Origin: Bacteroidota bacterium
GTDB taxonomy: Bacteria; Bacteroidota; Bacteroidia; Bacteroidales; CG2-30-32-10
Length of the DNA: 64,000 nucleotides
Assembly (NCBI GenBank): GCA_013377115.1
Contig: JACAAW010000005.1
Location: 1,744 to 65,743 of the forward strand
Reading direction: 5' to 3'
In this document: piece after piece, positions 35,766-44,490 of the stretch
Layout: each line of letters opens with the position of its first letter
Position numbering within the stretch: position 1 is the first letter of the stretch
The notes under the pieces: model-generated
Told to the model about the DNA's origin: nothing
The model's database searches: none
The model's input: only the letters and a program-made list of their open reading frames with translations
Position numbers and translations under genes: made by a program

Positions 35766-36923
35766 ATGCCTAAATACGCTATTACTTTAAATTCAAAGCT
35801 TCCAAAAGTTGGGACTTCTATTTTCGCTGTTATGTCTCAATTAGCTGAGGAGCATAAAGCTCTGAATCTTTCCCAAGGTTTCCCAAATTTTGGATGTTCT
35901 GTTGATTTAATAGATTTGGTTACGAAATATATGAAATTAGGTTTCAATCAATATGCACCAATGCCTGGGATAATGAGTCTGCGTGAAGCAATTGCCGAAA
36001 AAACTTACGAAAGTTATTCTGTAAATTACGATCCAGTTTCTGAAATAACAGTTACTGCTGGGGCAACCCAGGCTATTTACACTGCCATCTCAGCTTTTAT
36101 TAAAGAAGGCGACGAAGTTATTGTTTTTGAGCCTGCTTACGATAGTTATGTGCCTGCAATTCAGTTAAACGGAGGCATCCCAATTTATATTCAGATGAAA
36201 ACTCCTGATTATAAAATTGATTGGGAAGTTGTTCAAAAGATGATTAGTCAAAAAACAAAAATGATTATCATTAATTCTCCTCATAATCCAACTGGAAGTA
36301 TTTTAAATTCAGAAGATTTAAGGAAATTAGAGAAACTCACAAAAAATAGTGATATCATTATCCTTAGTGATGAGGTATACGAACACATTATTTTCGAAAA
36401 ATTAGAGCACCAAAGCGTTTGCCGATATCCAAAACTTGTTGAAAGATCTTTAGTTATTAGTTCTTTTGGAAAAACATTTCATACAACAGGTTGGAAAATG
36501 GGATACGTACTTGCTCCTGAAGCTTTGACCAAAGAGTTTAGGAAAGCTCATCAGTTTACAGTTTTTTCTTGCAATACACCAATTCAACATGCCTACACCG
36601 ATTTTTTAAAAAATAAATCTAATTACATTGGTGTATGCGAATTCTATCAAGAGAAACGAGATTATTTTGTAAAATTAATCAAACTATCCAAATTTAAAAT
36701 TTTGCCTTCTTATGGTACTTATTTCCAACTATTAGATTATAGCAAAATTTCCGAGGAAACTGAAATGGATTTTGCTGTGAAACTTGTTAAAGAAAACGGA
36801 ATTGCAGCAATACCAGTCTCTTCATTTTACCACAAACCTTGCGAAAATAAAATATTAAGATTTTGTTTCGCAAAGAATAACGAAACACTAGAAAAAGCAG
36901 CAGAAATATTATGCAAAATATAA
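35766..36923 (+). CDS. PLP-dependent aminotransferase, YbdL (methionine/glutamine aminotransferase)-like
   Basis: About 385 aa. Contains NLSQGFPNF, SPHNPTG and the PLP-lysine context SSFGKTFHTTGWKMGY. Confidence 0.85.
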   Translation: MPKYAITLNSKLPKVGTSIFAVMSQLAEEHKALNLSQGFPNFGCSVDLIDLVTKYMKLGFNQYAPMPGIMSLREAIAEKTYESYSVNYDPVSEITVTAGATQAIYTAISAFIKEGDEVIVFEPAYDSYVPAIQLNGGIPIYIQMKTPDYKIDWEVVQKMISQKTKMIIINSPHNPTGSILNSEDLRKLEKLTKNSDIIILSDEVYEHIIFEKLEHQSVCRYPKLVERSLVISSFGKTFHTTGWKMGYVLAPEALTKEFRKAHQFTVFSCNTPIQHAYTDFLKNKSNYIGVCEFYQEKRDYFVKLIKLSKFKILPSYGTYFQLLDYSKISEETEMDFAVKLVKENGIAAIPVSSFYHKPCENKILRFCFAKNNETLEKAAEILCKI

Positions 36924-37705
36924 AAATAACACTCATACAGCCTTTTCTCTTTTGGGAAAGCGCTGCAAAAAACCTTCCAGCTTTTGACAAAAGACTAACT
37001 CAAATTAAAAGCGAAACCGATTTAATTATTTTACCGGAAATGTTCAATACAGCTTTTACTCCAAATGCAGAAGCTGTTGCTGAAACCATGGATGGACCTT
37101 CAATGTCGTGGCTAAAAGCAAAAGCCATCGAAAGAGAATGTGTGATTTGTACAAGTATTTTAATCAACGATAACGAAAAACTTTATAACCGTTTAATTTG
37201 GATGAAACCAAATGGTGAATTTGAATTTTATGATAAACGCCATTTATTCAGTGCAGCCAACGAACATTTACTTTTAACCTCCGGTGAAAAAAAATTAATT
37301 GTTGAATTAAATGGTTGGAAAATTTGTCCTTTGATTTGTTACGACCTTCGTTTCCCTGTATGGAGTAGAAATACTTTTAATGAAGATACAAAATATGAAT
37401 ATGATTGCCTTATTTATGTGGCAAATTGGCCAGAACGCAGAAGTCATTCATGGAAATCATTGCTAGTTGCAAGGGCTATCGAAAATCAAGCATATGTGGT
37501 TGGTGTAAATAGAGTTGGTAAAGATGGAAAAGGAATTATTCATTCTGGCGACTCGGCAGTTATCGAACCTAAAGGCAAGGCAATTTCAGATTTAAAACCA
37601 AATGCGGAGGGAATTGAAACTGTTGAATTATCTTATGCCAATTTAGAAGATTACAGGAAGCTTTTTCAAATTGGAAGCGATTGGGATAGGTTTAATTTAC
37701 TATAG
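36911..37705 (+). CDS. carbon-nitrogen hydrolase family, omega-amidase YafV-like
   Basis: 264 aa. It is collinear with my recollection of E. coli YafV (ILPEMF, FYDKRHLF, WKICPLICYDLRFPVWSRN, YVANWPERRS, ARAIENQAYVVGVNRVG). It overlaps the upstream gene by 13 nt. Confidence 0.85.
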   Translation: MQNIKITLIQPFLFWESAAKNLPAFDKRLTQIKSETDLIILPEMFNTAFTPNAEAVAETMDGPSMSWLKAKAIERECVICTSILINDNEKLYNRLIWMKPNGEFEFYDKRHLFSAANEHLLLTSGEKKLIVELNGWKICPLICYDLRFPVWSRNTFNEDTKYEYDCLIYVANWPERRSHSWKSLLVARAIENQAYVVGVNRVGKDGKGIIHSGDSAVIEPKGKAISDLKPNAEGIETVELSYANLEDYRKLFQIGSDWDRFNLL

Positions 37706-37707
37706 GT

Positions 37708-38691
37708 TTATTCAACCATTAAACTGCATCCTCTTATTTGGCTATTGTCGAATCTGCCAAAAATTTCAAATGAATTATCTTCATTGGTTTTTCCGATATC
37801 ATCAGTGGCGATAAATGAACAGGAATTAAAGTTTGCCAAATCGATCACATTGATACCTCCTTTTTCATTGGAATTCAAGGTTTCTAGTGGATCGTTGAAA
37901 TCTCTGATTATTACTTTCATCCATGGCGGGCAAAAATAGATTCCATCACCTTTAGAATAAGCTTGAGAAAGCAATTCGGTCATTCCATATTCCGAATGAA
38001 TTTTGTTAACGCCAAACCCTATTTTCAGGGCATTATGTAATTCAGTTCTAATTATTTCTTTCCTTCTGCCCTTCATTCCGCCAGTTTCCATAATTGTGCA
38101 ATTTGGAAGTGATAATTTTACAGTTTCTGCAATATCCAAAAGGGCATGAGTTACACCAATAAGTAGAACTTTTTCATTTTTCAAATTTTGCAAAATATCA
38201 ATAAGCGTTTGATTGTCATTTAAATAAAAACCACTTTTTTGATTTTTGCTTAAATTTATCAATTCATTTACCATGAAAACCAAGGAGGAGTTATTTCTTT
38301 CGATGTATCCTGGTAATAAAGCTAAAATGCAACAATCATCTGGTTTTCCATAAAAAATTTCGAAACATTTAATAAAGCTATTTTTATAAACCTGAACATC
38401 AGCAATATTATGATGACTCACATTTTCTCCGGTGGTGCCACTGGAAGAAAAACTGATTTCTGGAAGAGCTCCATCACAAATAACATTATGAGTTTTGAAA
38501 AATTGAATTGGAAGAAAAGGTATTTGGCTGAAATGCTTAATTTCTAAAGGATTTATTGATAGCGCATTGACGTAATTATGGTAAATTTTTACATTTTTGT
38601 ATTGATAATGAAATATTTCAATGGAAATATCGTTAAATTCTTTTGCGGAGGAAATTGAAAATATTTTATTGGTAAAATTATTTGTTGTCAT
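37708..38691 (-). CDS. LuxE/PaaK-like acyl-adenylate-forming enzyme (acyl-protein synthetase family)
   Basis: 327 aa. Contains SSGTTGENVSHH (AMP-binding P-loop-like), METGGMKGRRKE and YGMTEL. Confidence 0.65.
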   Translation of the reverse strand: MTTNNFTNKIFSISSAKEFNDISIEIFHYQYKNVKIYHNYVNALSINPLEIKHFSQIPFLPIQFFKTHNVICDGALPEISFSSSGTTGENVSHHNIADVQVYKNSFIKCFEIFYGKPDDCCILALLPGYIERNNSSLVFMVNELINLSKNQKSGFYLNDNQTLIDILQNLKNEKVLLIGVTHALLDIAETVKLSLPNCTIMETGGMKGRRKEIIRTELHNALKIGFGVNKIHSEYGMTELLSQAYSKGDGIYFCPPWMKVIIRDFNDPLETLNSNEKGGINVIDLANFNSCSFIATDDIGKTNEDNSFEIFGRFDNSQIRGCSLMVE

Positions 38692-38750
38692 TTGTAATAA
38701 AAATATTTTGTAATTTTACGATTGAATCCTCAATAAAATTGATTGACTAA

Positions 38751-39281
38751 ATGAAAAGGTTTAATAAAATAAATGCAAATCCAAAATTACAATTTTTAAT
38801 TGTTATTTCGTTTATTTTAGTTTTCAATTCATGCAAAGAAAAAGAGCAATTTCCTGTTGAACCTCATATTGAATTTATTGATTTTACCCAAGTAAAAAAC
38901 GCACAAGGTGTTGATCAAAATGGCATTTTGAGATTTTCATTTACTGATGGTGATGGTGATATTGGATTAGGGGTTGGAGATACCAATTCTCCTTATAATC
39001 CGGGAAGTTTATATTATCATAATTTCTTCATTAAGTATTATGAAGTTCAAAAAGGAATCCTTAAAGAAATACCCTTGTTAATGCCTAATAATTCTAGAAT
39101 TCCTGTAATTACTCCTGAAGGAAGAAATAAATCTATTAAGGGCGAGATCGAAATGGTTATTTTGACAAATAATCCTTATTCCACTTACGACACAATAATG
39201 TTTGATGCAAAAATTGTTGACCGAGCATTGCATGAGAGCAATACAATTCAAACAAATTATATTGTAATAAAAAAACATTAG
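38751..39281 (+). CDS. hypothetical lipoprotein
   Basis: 176 aa. It has a signal peptide with a lipobox-like LVFNSC. No catalytic motif was recognised. Confidence 0.55.
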   Translation: MKRFNKINANPKLQFLIVISFILVFNSCKEKEQFPVEPHIEFIDFTQVKNAQGVDQNGILRFSFTDGDGDIGLGVGDTNSPYNPGSLYYHNFFIKYYEVQKGILKEIPLLMPNNSRIPVITPEGRNKSIKGEIEMVILTNNPYSTYDTIMFDAKIVDRALHESNTIQTNYIVIKKH

Positions 39282-39417
39282 TCGAAAGATATCAATAGAA
39301 GTTAAAAACTTAAATATAAACGATCATTTTTTTGCTTTAAAAAATAAAACAATTAAGCAGGCTGTGAGTTTTATTTAATATTTTAAAAAAAACATTATTT
39401 ATATGAAATATTTTTTT

Positions 39418-39425
39418 TACATTTG
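39418..39425 (+). promoter_or_regulatory. -7 box (TAnnTTTG) for the zinc-ribbon gene
   Basis: TACATTTG, 36 nt before the ATG at 39461. Confidence 0.45.
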
Positions 39426-39460
39426 ATAAATAAAACTGAAACCCAATAATTGAAAAAATT

Positions 39461-39859
39461 ATGAATAAGCTAAATTATATGTGCCCTCATTGCAAAGGAC
39501 ATTTAAGAGTATCAAATCATATTATTTTTTTAACAAAAACTACCAATGGCAAATCAGGCTTATTGTTAGTGAATTCTGAACTTGGTAATTACAGTGTTTT
39601 AATGCACCCAACTCTTAGTTATGATCTTGGTGAACATGTAAATTTTGTTTGTCCTATTTGTTATGAAAATTTAGATGCTCCTGAATATGATAAAAATTTA
39701 GCGAAAATCATTATGGAGGACGAGGAAGGAAAAGAATCTACAATTCTTTTTTCTAAAATCAACGGAGAAAAATGTACTTATAAAATTGCGAAGAACGAAG
39801 TTAAAGCTTTTGGTGACGATAAATCCGAATATAGAAGTTCGTTTGGAGATATTTTTTAA
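39461..39859 (+). CDS. hypothetical protein with a split CxxC...CxxC zinc-ribbon-like signature
   Basis: 132 aa. CPHC at residues 8-11 and CPIC at residues 64-67. It has its own promoter box and terminator. Confidence 0.55.
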   Translation: MNKLNYMCPHCKGHLRVSNHIIFLTKTTNGKSGLLLVNSELGNYSVLMHPTLSYDLGEHVNFVCPICYENLDAPEYDKNLAKIIMEDEEGKESTILFSKINGEKCTYKIAKNEVKAFGDDKSEYRSSFGDIF

Positions 39860-39880
39860 GGATAAAAAATATTTATTAAA

Positions 39881-39910
39881 AAAAGCATCCAGAGATGGAT
39901 GCTTTTTTTA
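39881..39910. terminator. bidirectional rho-independent terminator
   Basis: An A-run, then stem GCATCCA (39885-39891), loop GAGA, stem TGGATGC (39896-39902), then a T-run. It lies directly between the zinc-ribbon gene and the queD remnant. Confidence 0.75.
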
Positions 39911-40055
39911 TTTGTTGTCAGAAGCAAACCATTCTGCATATGAAAATCCGGTTTCTCTGAGCAGAGGGCTATGAAATTCGACTTCTTATGAAGGGAGTTT
40001 ATTCTCTATAGCAAATCTATTTGCTATGGTTCCAAATAAAAAAACGGAATTATCA
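39911..40055 (-). pseudogene. decayed remnant of the 3' end of queD (last ~45 codons)
   Basis: Minus-strand translation gives SVFLFGTIANRFAIENKLPS*EVEFHSPLLRETGFSYAEWFASDNK*. The intact QueD C-terminus is VVFLDYQPTCENMLIDFSERLINKLPVGVELHSLMLRETGSSFAEWFAEDNQ*. The remnant has an in-frame stop and a ~7-codon gap. It shares a 16-nt identical core with 46304-46319. Confidence 0.65.
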
Positions 40056-40080
40056 TATACAGAAATACACACACAGTTTT

Positions 40081-40281
40081 CTATATTTCTGATGAAATAA
40101 AAATTAAAGAATCATTTGTGTCCGACATATGAAGTGTTTGACCAATGTTATATGGTAAAATAGGTCTTTGATAATTTGGATTCTCAGCTAATTTAGCGAT
40201 TTCATCATTTTGAGTCTGAGCGAGAATTAACTGAACCAAAAATGGTGTAAATATTAATATTGAAAAAATTTTTCTTTTCAT
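40081..40281 (-). CDS. small secreted protein (66 aa, about 45 aa mature)
   Basis: The signal peptide is MKRKIFSILIFTPFLVQLILAQ. It starts 9 nt after the kinase stop and is the last gene of the cassette. Confidence 0.5.
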   Translation of the reverse strand: MKRKIFSILIFTPFLVQLILAQTQNDEIAKLAENPNYQRPILPYNIGQTLHMSDTNDSLIFISSEI

Positions 40282-40290
40282 TGGTGCTTT

Positions 40291-40935
40291 TTAAAAGGTG
40301 ATTTTATAAGAAGTTCCATCAGTAACATCTAATTGGTACTCACCATCGATTTGACTGATAAATGTTTGAACAAGTTTAACACCTGATGAGTTTTTTCTTT
40401 TCGAATCGGTATTATTATTTATTGAAATCCCATTATCGCTTATAATCAACTCGTATTTGTCATTTATTTTTCTCAGAATCACTTCAATTTTACAATAATT
40501 TTTCCCTTTAAATTTGCCATTTACTGGAAATGCATATTTATATGAATTTGTGAGTAGTTCATTTACTATGAGCCCCAGTGGAATTGCAAATTGATGCTCT
40601 ACTTCAATATTTTCAATATACTTCATTAAAATGATATCGTTTCTTTTTTTATAAGCACTCATGACATTTTCAGAAATACAATTTATTAGTTCGCCCAGAT
40701 TAATGCTGCTTTCATTAAAACTATAATCGAGTAAATTGTTTATTTGTGAAAGCGAATCCACTCTTTGCTTGAGAGAATGTAAAAAGTCTTTGTTCGTTTC
40801 ATCAATATTTTTCAAGAGCTGAATATTTATTAACGAAAGAATCAGTTGCAGGTTATTCTTCATTCGGTGCTGCATTTCTTTCAATAAAGTTTCTTCTTTT
40901 ATTTTATCTAATATCCCTGTTTCAATGCCAATCAT
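40291..40935 (-). CDS. soluble histidine kinase core without a sensor domain (HisKA_2 + HATPase_c)
   Basis: 214 aa. The H-box EMQHRMKNNLQLILSLINIQ begins about 20 residues from the N-terminus. The N-box is VNELLTNSYKYAF and the G region is ISDNGISI...SGVKLV. There is no TM helix and no PAS or GAF domain. Confidence 0.8.
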   Translation of the reverse strand: MIGIETGILDKIKEETLLKEMQHRMKNNLQLILSLINIQLLKNIDETNKDFLHSLKQRVDSLSQINNLLDYSFNESSINLGELINCISENVMSAYKKRNDIILMKYIENIEVEHQFAIPLGLIVNELLTNSYKYAFPVNGKFKGKNYCKIEVILRKINDKYELIISDNGISINNNTDSKRKNSSGVKLVQTFISQIDGEYQLDVTDGTSYKITF

Positions 40936-40978
40936 AATCTTTTGCTTTGACTTTCTTACTTTTTATCTTATAAACTAT

Positions 40979-43900
40979 CTAGTATTTTACTATTTTTTTT
41001 ATGATTGTTTTATTTAGATATTCGATTTTCAAACAATAATATCCTGGTTTTAAAATGCCGTCTAATGAAAGGTTTACAAAACCACTAGTGGTTGTAATAT
41101 TTTGATTTCGATAAATCTCTTTCCCTAATAAATCCATAATTTCGATGTTTATTTTTTCAGGATTTATTGATGAGATGTCAATAGTTATACTGTTGGTGAA
41201 TGGATTTGGAAAAATTCCCACTTCTGTCTGATTACTATTTACAGTGAAGTTAATTGCTATTGTTTCAGAATAACTGGAATTTCCATTAAAATCAGTTTGT
41301 TTCAATCTATAATAATTCATACCAGAAAACGGAGTTCTGTCATATGAAAAATAATTAAGTATGGTGTTAGAATTACCAGCGCCATCAATAATTGCAATCG
41401 TCTCAAATTTCTGTCCGTTTGCTGATTTTTCAATTGTAAAATAGTCGTTGTTTATTTCTGTGAGTGTTTGCCAACTTAGTTTTACAGCGTTTTCTATTTG
41501 ATAACCGATAAAATTGATTAGTTCAATTGGAAGGGGAACAGGTGGTTCATATGCTCCAACATAAGGTGTTGTTGGTCTGACAGCACCCAATCTGTCATCA
41601 GGAACTGTCACCATTAAATTGGCGCCTGTGTTTTGAAGCGGTGCACCTATAGGAGGCTGTCCGATGCCATCAAGAACAACTGGAGTTGTATTTCCATTAA
41701 TGTTGCCTGCACCTCCGCCAACTAAAGCATTCCATGTGGCGAAATTCTTATTACCTCCACCATTATAATATCCAATTTTACTAGGATCTACAGCTTCTAA
41801 ATAATCATTTATTTCAGTTACCGAACTTCCTGCACCAATACTATTGTGAATTACATAATTTCCTAATGTTCCGCCGGTAATCAAATTCTGGAAAACATTA
41901 TTTTTTAATGTTATTGGACTCATAATTAAATCCATCGCTGCGCTTTGAACTCCTCCCGATATTGTTCCCGAAAGTTTTACCGTATTATGATAGAAAACAC
42001 CTCTGTCGCTAGCATCTGTGCCGTATACATATATTCCAACAATATTATTTTGTCCGGAATTGTTTAGGACCATAGCATTGTTATAAAAGTTCCATATTCC
42101 TGCTGTGTACATTCCAACCTCATAGCAGATTCCATGAATGGTTCCATTAACTATTGAAGTATTGAGATCAATAATAAGGTTCTTGCTAACGGTTCCGCCT
42201 CCGTTTCCACTTGACCGAATTGCTATTCCATTTAGTTCGTGAAAACAGGTTGCAGTATTCGCATTTCTAAATCTTTGTAAAGTATTATTATAAATTAAAT
42301 GTCCTGATCCAGATGAATAAACACGAATTCCTGAAAGCGATTCATTATATTCATGAGAAGAAGATGTTGTTATATCCTGTATGACATTATTTGAGGCACT
42401 CAAAACTGCTGTTCCTAAAGTTGAAGTTGAGCCAATATCTATTCCCCAAAATACAGAAGAACTGCCAACGTTCGTAAATGTTAAATTTTGAAGGACATTA
42501 TTATTGCAAGTTACTGTTCCTCCATTCATTATTTGTATTGCATAATTCTCTGTGTTTCCTGCAATAGAAATATTATTTGAAGAAGAATTTCCAATTGTGT
42601 TATTGTTAATTTCAGATACCGCGACACCACTACTTAAATAAATACCTGTGAATGCCCCATTTGTATTGGTGGTAGTAATCGTATTAATATTATTGTTGGA
42701 AATTGTAGCTGTTTTGGTTGCATTGTGGCTTATACATATACACCTTTGACCTCCGGTTGTATTGATTCCCTTAATAATATTACCAGTGCAAGTCATAGCA
42801 CATTGAGATATTGAACCATAATTATTGATGATATTTAACCAGGAAGTTCCTCCAGAATGAGCAACATTTTGAATTGTATTGTTTGTGACTGTTAGCACCG
42901 AAGCTGTATTACCCCATTCATTATAAATAAGATCAGCAAATTGTCCGCCCATATTAATATTATTCACAAAAGTATTTCCAATTGTATTGTTATCAATTGT
43001 AATTTTGCCTGCATTATAATTTCTTATGATATTTACATACGGATATTCCTTGGAAATACCTGACAGGTCTATCGATCCAACGTAATTGTAAGAAACAATA
43101 GAGGTGCCTTGTGATTCGTTGTTAATTGCGGAAAATCCACTGCCAATGTTAATTCCAGGACCTGAAGTGATGGCAATTTTATAAGTGGTTCCTGTCATAT
43201 CTCCAATAGTATTTCCATTACCAGATCCACCAATATTAAAATTTGCAGCTCCAGTTGCATTTATGCCAGTAAAACAAAATGGAGCAGTCGTGTTTGAAAT
43301 AGTTATTGCAATCAGAATATCATTAATTGTGTTTTGAATGATTGTATTCGTTGTTGCAGCAGTACTTCCAGTAAAGTTTATACCGATAAACCCACTGTTT
43401 GCTATTCCCGGTTGAACTGTAAAAGGCGAAATACCGCCAGCACGACCACCAATATTATTCCCGCTAATAGTATAACCTCCACCGCCGTTGATTTGTATTG
43501 CTGCCATCACACCAACAGGAACTGCAGTTGGAACTATTGCCGCAGTTTGATAAAATTTGTTATTAGATATTGTCCAACCTGTATTTTTTGTACCCGATGC
43601 CCAAATTCCATAACGTGTGAAATCAATAAATGAACAGTTTGAAATTGTAAGCAGATTGTTGTTTGTAGCATCATAACTTAAGATACCAACTGCAGGTTTA
43701 TTTGCTCCAGACTTTGTAAAAGTGCAATTATCAATAGTGTTATTATTATTTGCACCCGATGTAAAACAAATTATACCACCAACTACTGAATTTGCTGTTG
43801 CCATGGTATTTGATCCTTTAATCGAACAATATTTAATGGTATTATTAATTGATCCACCAGAAAAGAGAAATGCATATTTTGTTGTTGCATTGCCTGTATT

Positions 43901-44260
43901 TTCAATAGTAAATGCTGAAGGTCCAGATCCACCTTGTCTACCATCAATAGTAATATTATCTCCTCCGGTAAAAGCAAAAATAGTATTTACAGCTGCCGCA
44001 TTAATAAGATTGACAGTGACTCCAGTTCCAGGGCGAATTGTTACTGAAGTTGCAGTATTAGCAGCTAAAGTAATTGGAAGGGCCTCAAGAACATAATCTG
44101 AGCGAATTTCAATGATATAATTTTGCGCAGCCGAGCAGTTTGCATAAGCTGTGGCAATGGTAGTATAAGTTCCGCCGGCTCCAACGGTATAGGTGGTTTG
44201 GCTATAAGCAATGTTGCTGAAAAACAAGATTGCAATAACAATATTTATTGCTTTTTTCAT
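40979..44260 (-). CDS. giant right-handed beta-helix surface protein with a pre-CTD module and a T9SS type A sorting domain
   Basis: 1093 aa with a signal peptide. About 850 aa are Asn/Gly/Thr/Ile-rich with repeated NNTI.N..F-type rungs (NNTIKYCSIKG, NNTIDNCTF, ISNCSFIDF, NNTIQNV, NNVLQNL, NNVIQDI). The pre-CTD module is LPIELINFIGY...WQTLTEINNDYFTIEKSANG...YYRLKQTDFNGNSSYS. The tail reads GIFPNPFTNSITID...LKPGYYCLKIE. Confidence 0.8.
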   Translation of the reverse strand: MKKAINIVIAILFFSNIAYSQTTYTVGAGGTYTTIATAYANCSAAQNYIIEIRSDYVLEALPITLAANTATSVTIRPGTGVTVNLINAAAVNTIFAFTGGDNITIDGRQGGSGPSAFTIENTGNATTKYAFLFSGGSINNTIKYCSIKGSNTMATANSVVGGIICFTSGANNNNTIDNCTFTKSGANKPAVGILSYDATNNNLLTISNCSFIDFTRYGIWASGTKNTGWTISNNKFYQTAAIVPTAVPVGVMAAIQINGGGGYTISGNNIGGRAGGISPFTVQPGIANSGFIGINFTGSTAATTNTIIQNTINDILIAITISNTTAPFCFTGINATGAANFNIGGSGNGNTIGDMTGTTYKIAITSGPGINIGSGFSAINNESQGTSIVSYNYVGSIDLSGISKEYPYVNIIRNYNAGKITIDNNTIGNTFVNNINMGGQFADLIYNEWGNTASVLTVTNNTIQNVAHSGGTSWLNIINNYGSISQCAMTCTGNIIKGINTTGGQRCICISHNATKTATISNNNINTITTTNTNGAFTGIYLSSGVAVSEINNNTIGNSSSNNISIAGNTENYAIQIMNGGTVTCNNNVLQNLTFTNVGSSSVFWGIDIGSTSTLGTAVLSASNNVIQDITTSSSHEYNESLSGIRVYSSGSGHLIYNNTLQRFRNANTATCFHELNGIAIRSSGNGGGTVSKNLIIDLNTSIVNGTIHGICYEVGMYTAGIWNFYNNAMVLNNSGQNNIVGIYVYGTDASDRGVFYHNTVKLSGTISGGVQSAAMDLIMSPITLKNNVFQNLITGGTLGNYVIHNSIGAGSSVTEINDYLEAVDPSKIGYYNGGGNKNFATWNALVGGGAGNINGNTTPVVLDGIGQPPIGAPLQNTGANLMVTVPDDRLGAVRPTTPYVGAYEPPVPLPIELINFIGYQIENAVKLSWQTLTEINNDYFTIEKSANGQKFETIAIIDGAGNSNTILNYFSYDRTPFSGMNYYRLKQTDFNGNSSYSETIAINFTVNSNQTEVGIFPNPFTNSITIDISSINPEKINIEIMDLLGKEIYRNQNITTTSGFVNLSLDGILKPGYYCLKIEYLNKTIIKKIVKY

Positions 44261-44291
44261 GATGAAGGATTGTCTGTTTTAAAATCTAAAA

Positions 44292-44299
44292 CAAAATTA
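44292..44299 (-). promoter_or_regulatory. -7 box (TAnnTTTG) for the beta-helix gene
   Basis: Plus strand CAAAATTA is TAATTTTG on the minus strand, 32 nt upstream of the ATG at 44260. Confidence 0.45.
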
Positions 44300-44490
44300 C
44301 CTTAACAAAAAAATGGAACATTATTTTATACACAACATCATATATACAACAGAGATTATTTTATTAAAAATACAAGAAATTATCTATACATAATAAAACA
44401 TAAAATACAGTATTAGAGAAATTTATAATTTATTGTGTCTATACAGTTAAAAAATATGGAAATAACAAAGGGGTTTTTATGGCTGAAATT

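Noticed and set aside
43334-44096. Plus-strand ORFs of 99 and 124 aa inside the beta-helix gene.
   Set aside because: They are antisense to a 1093-aa ORF with signal peptide and T9SS tail, and they have no independent support.
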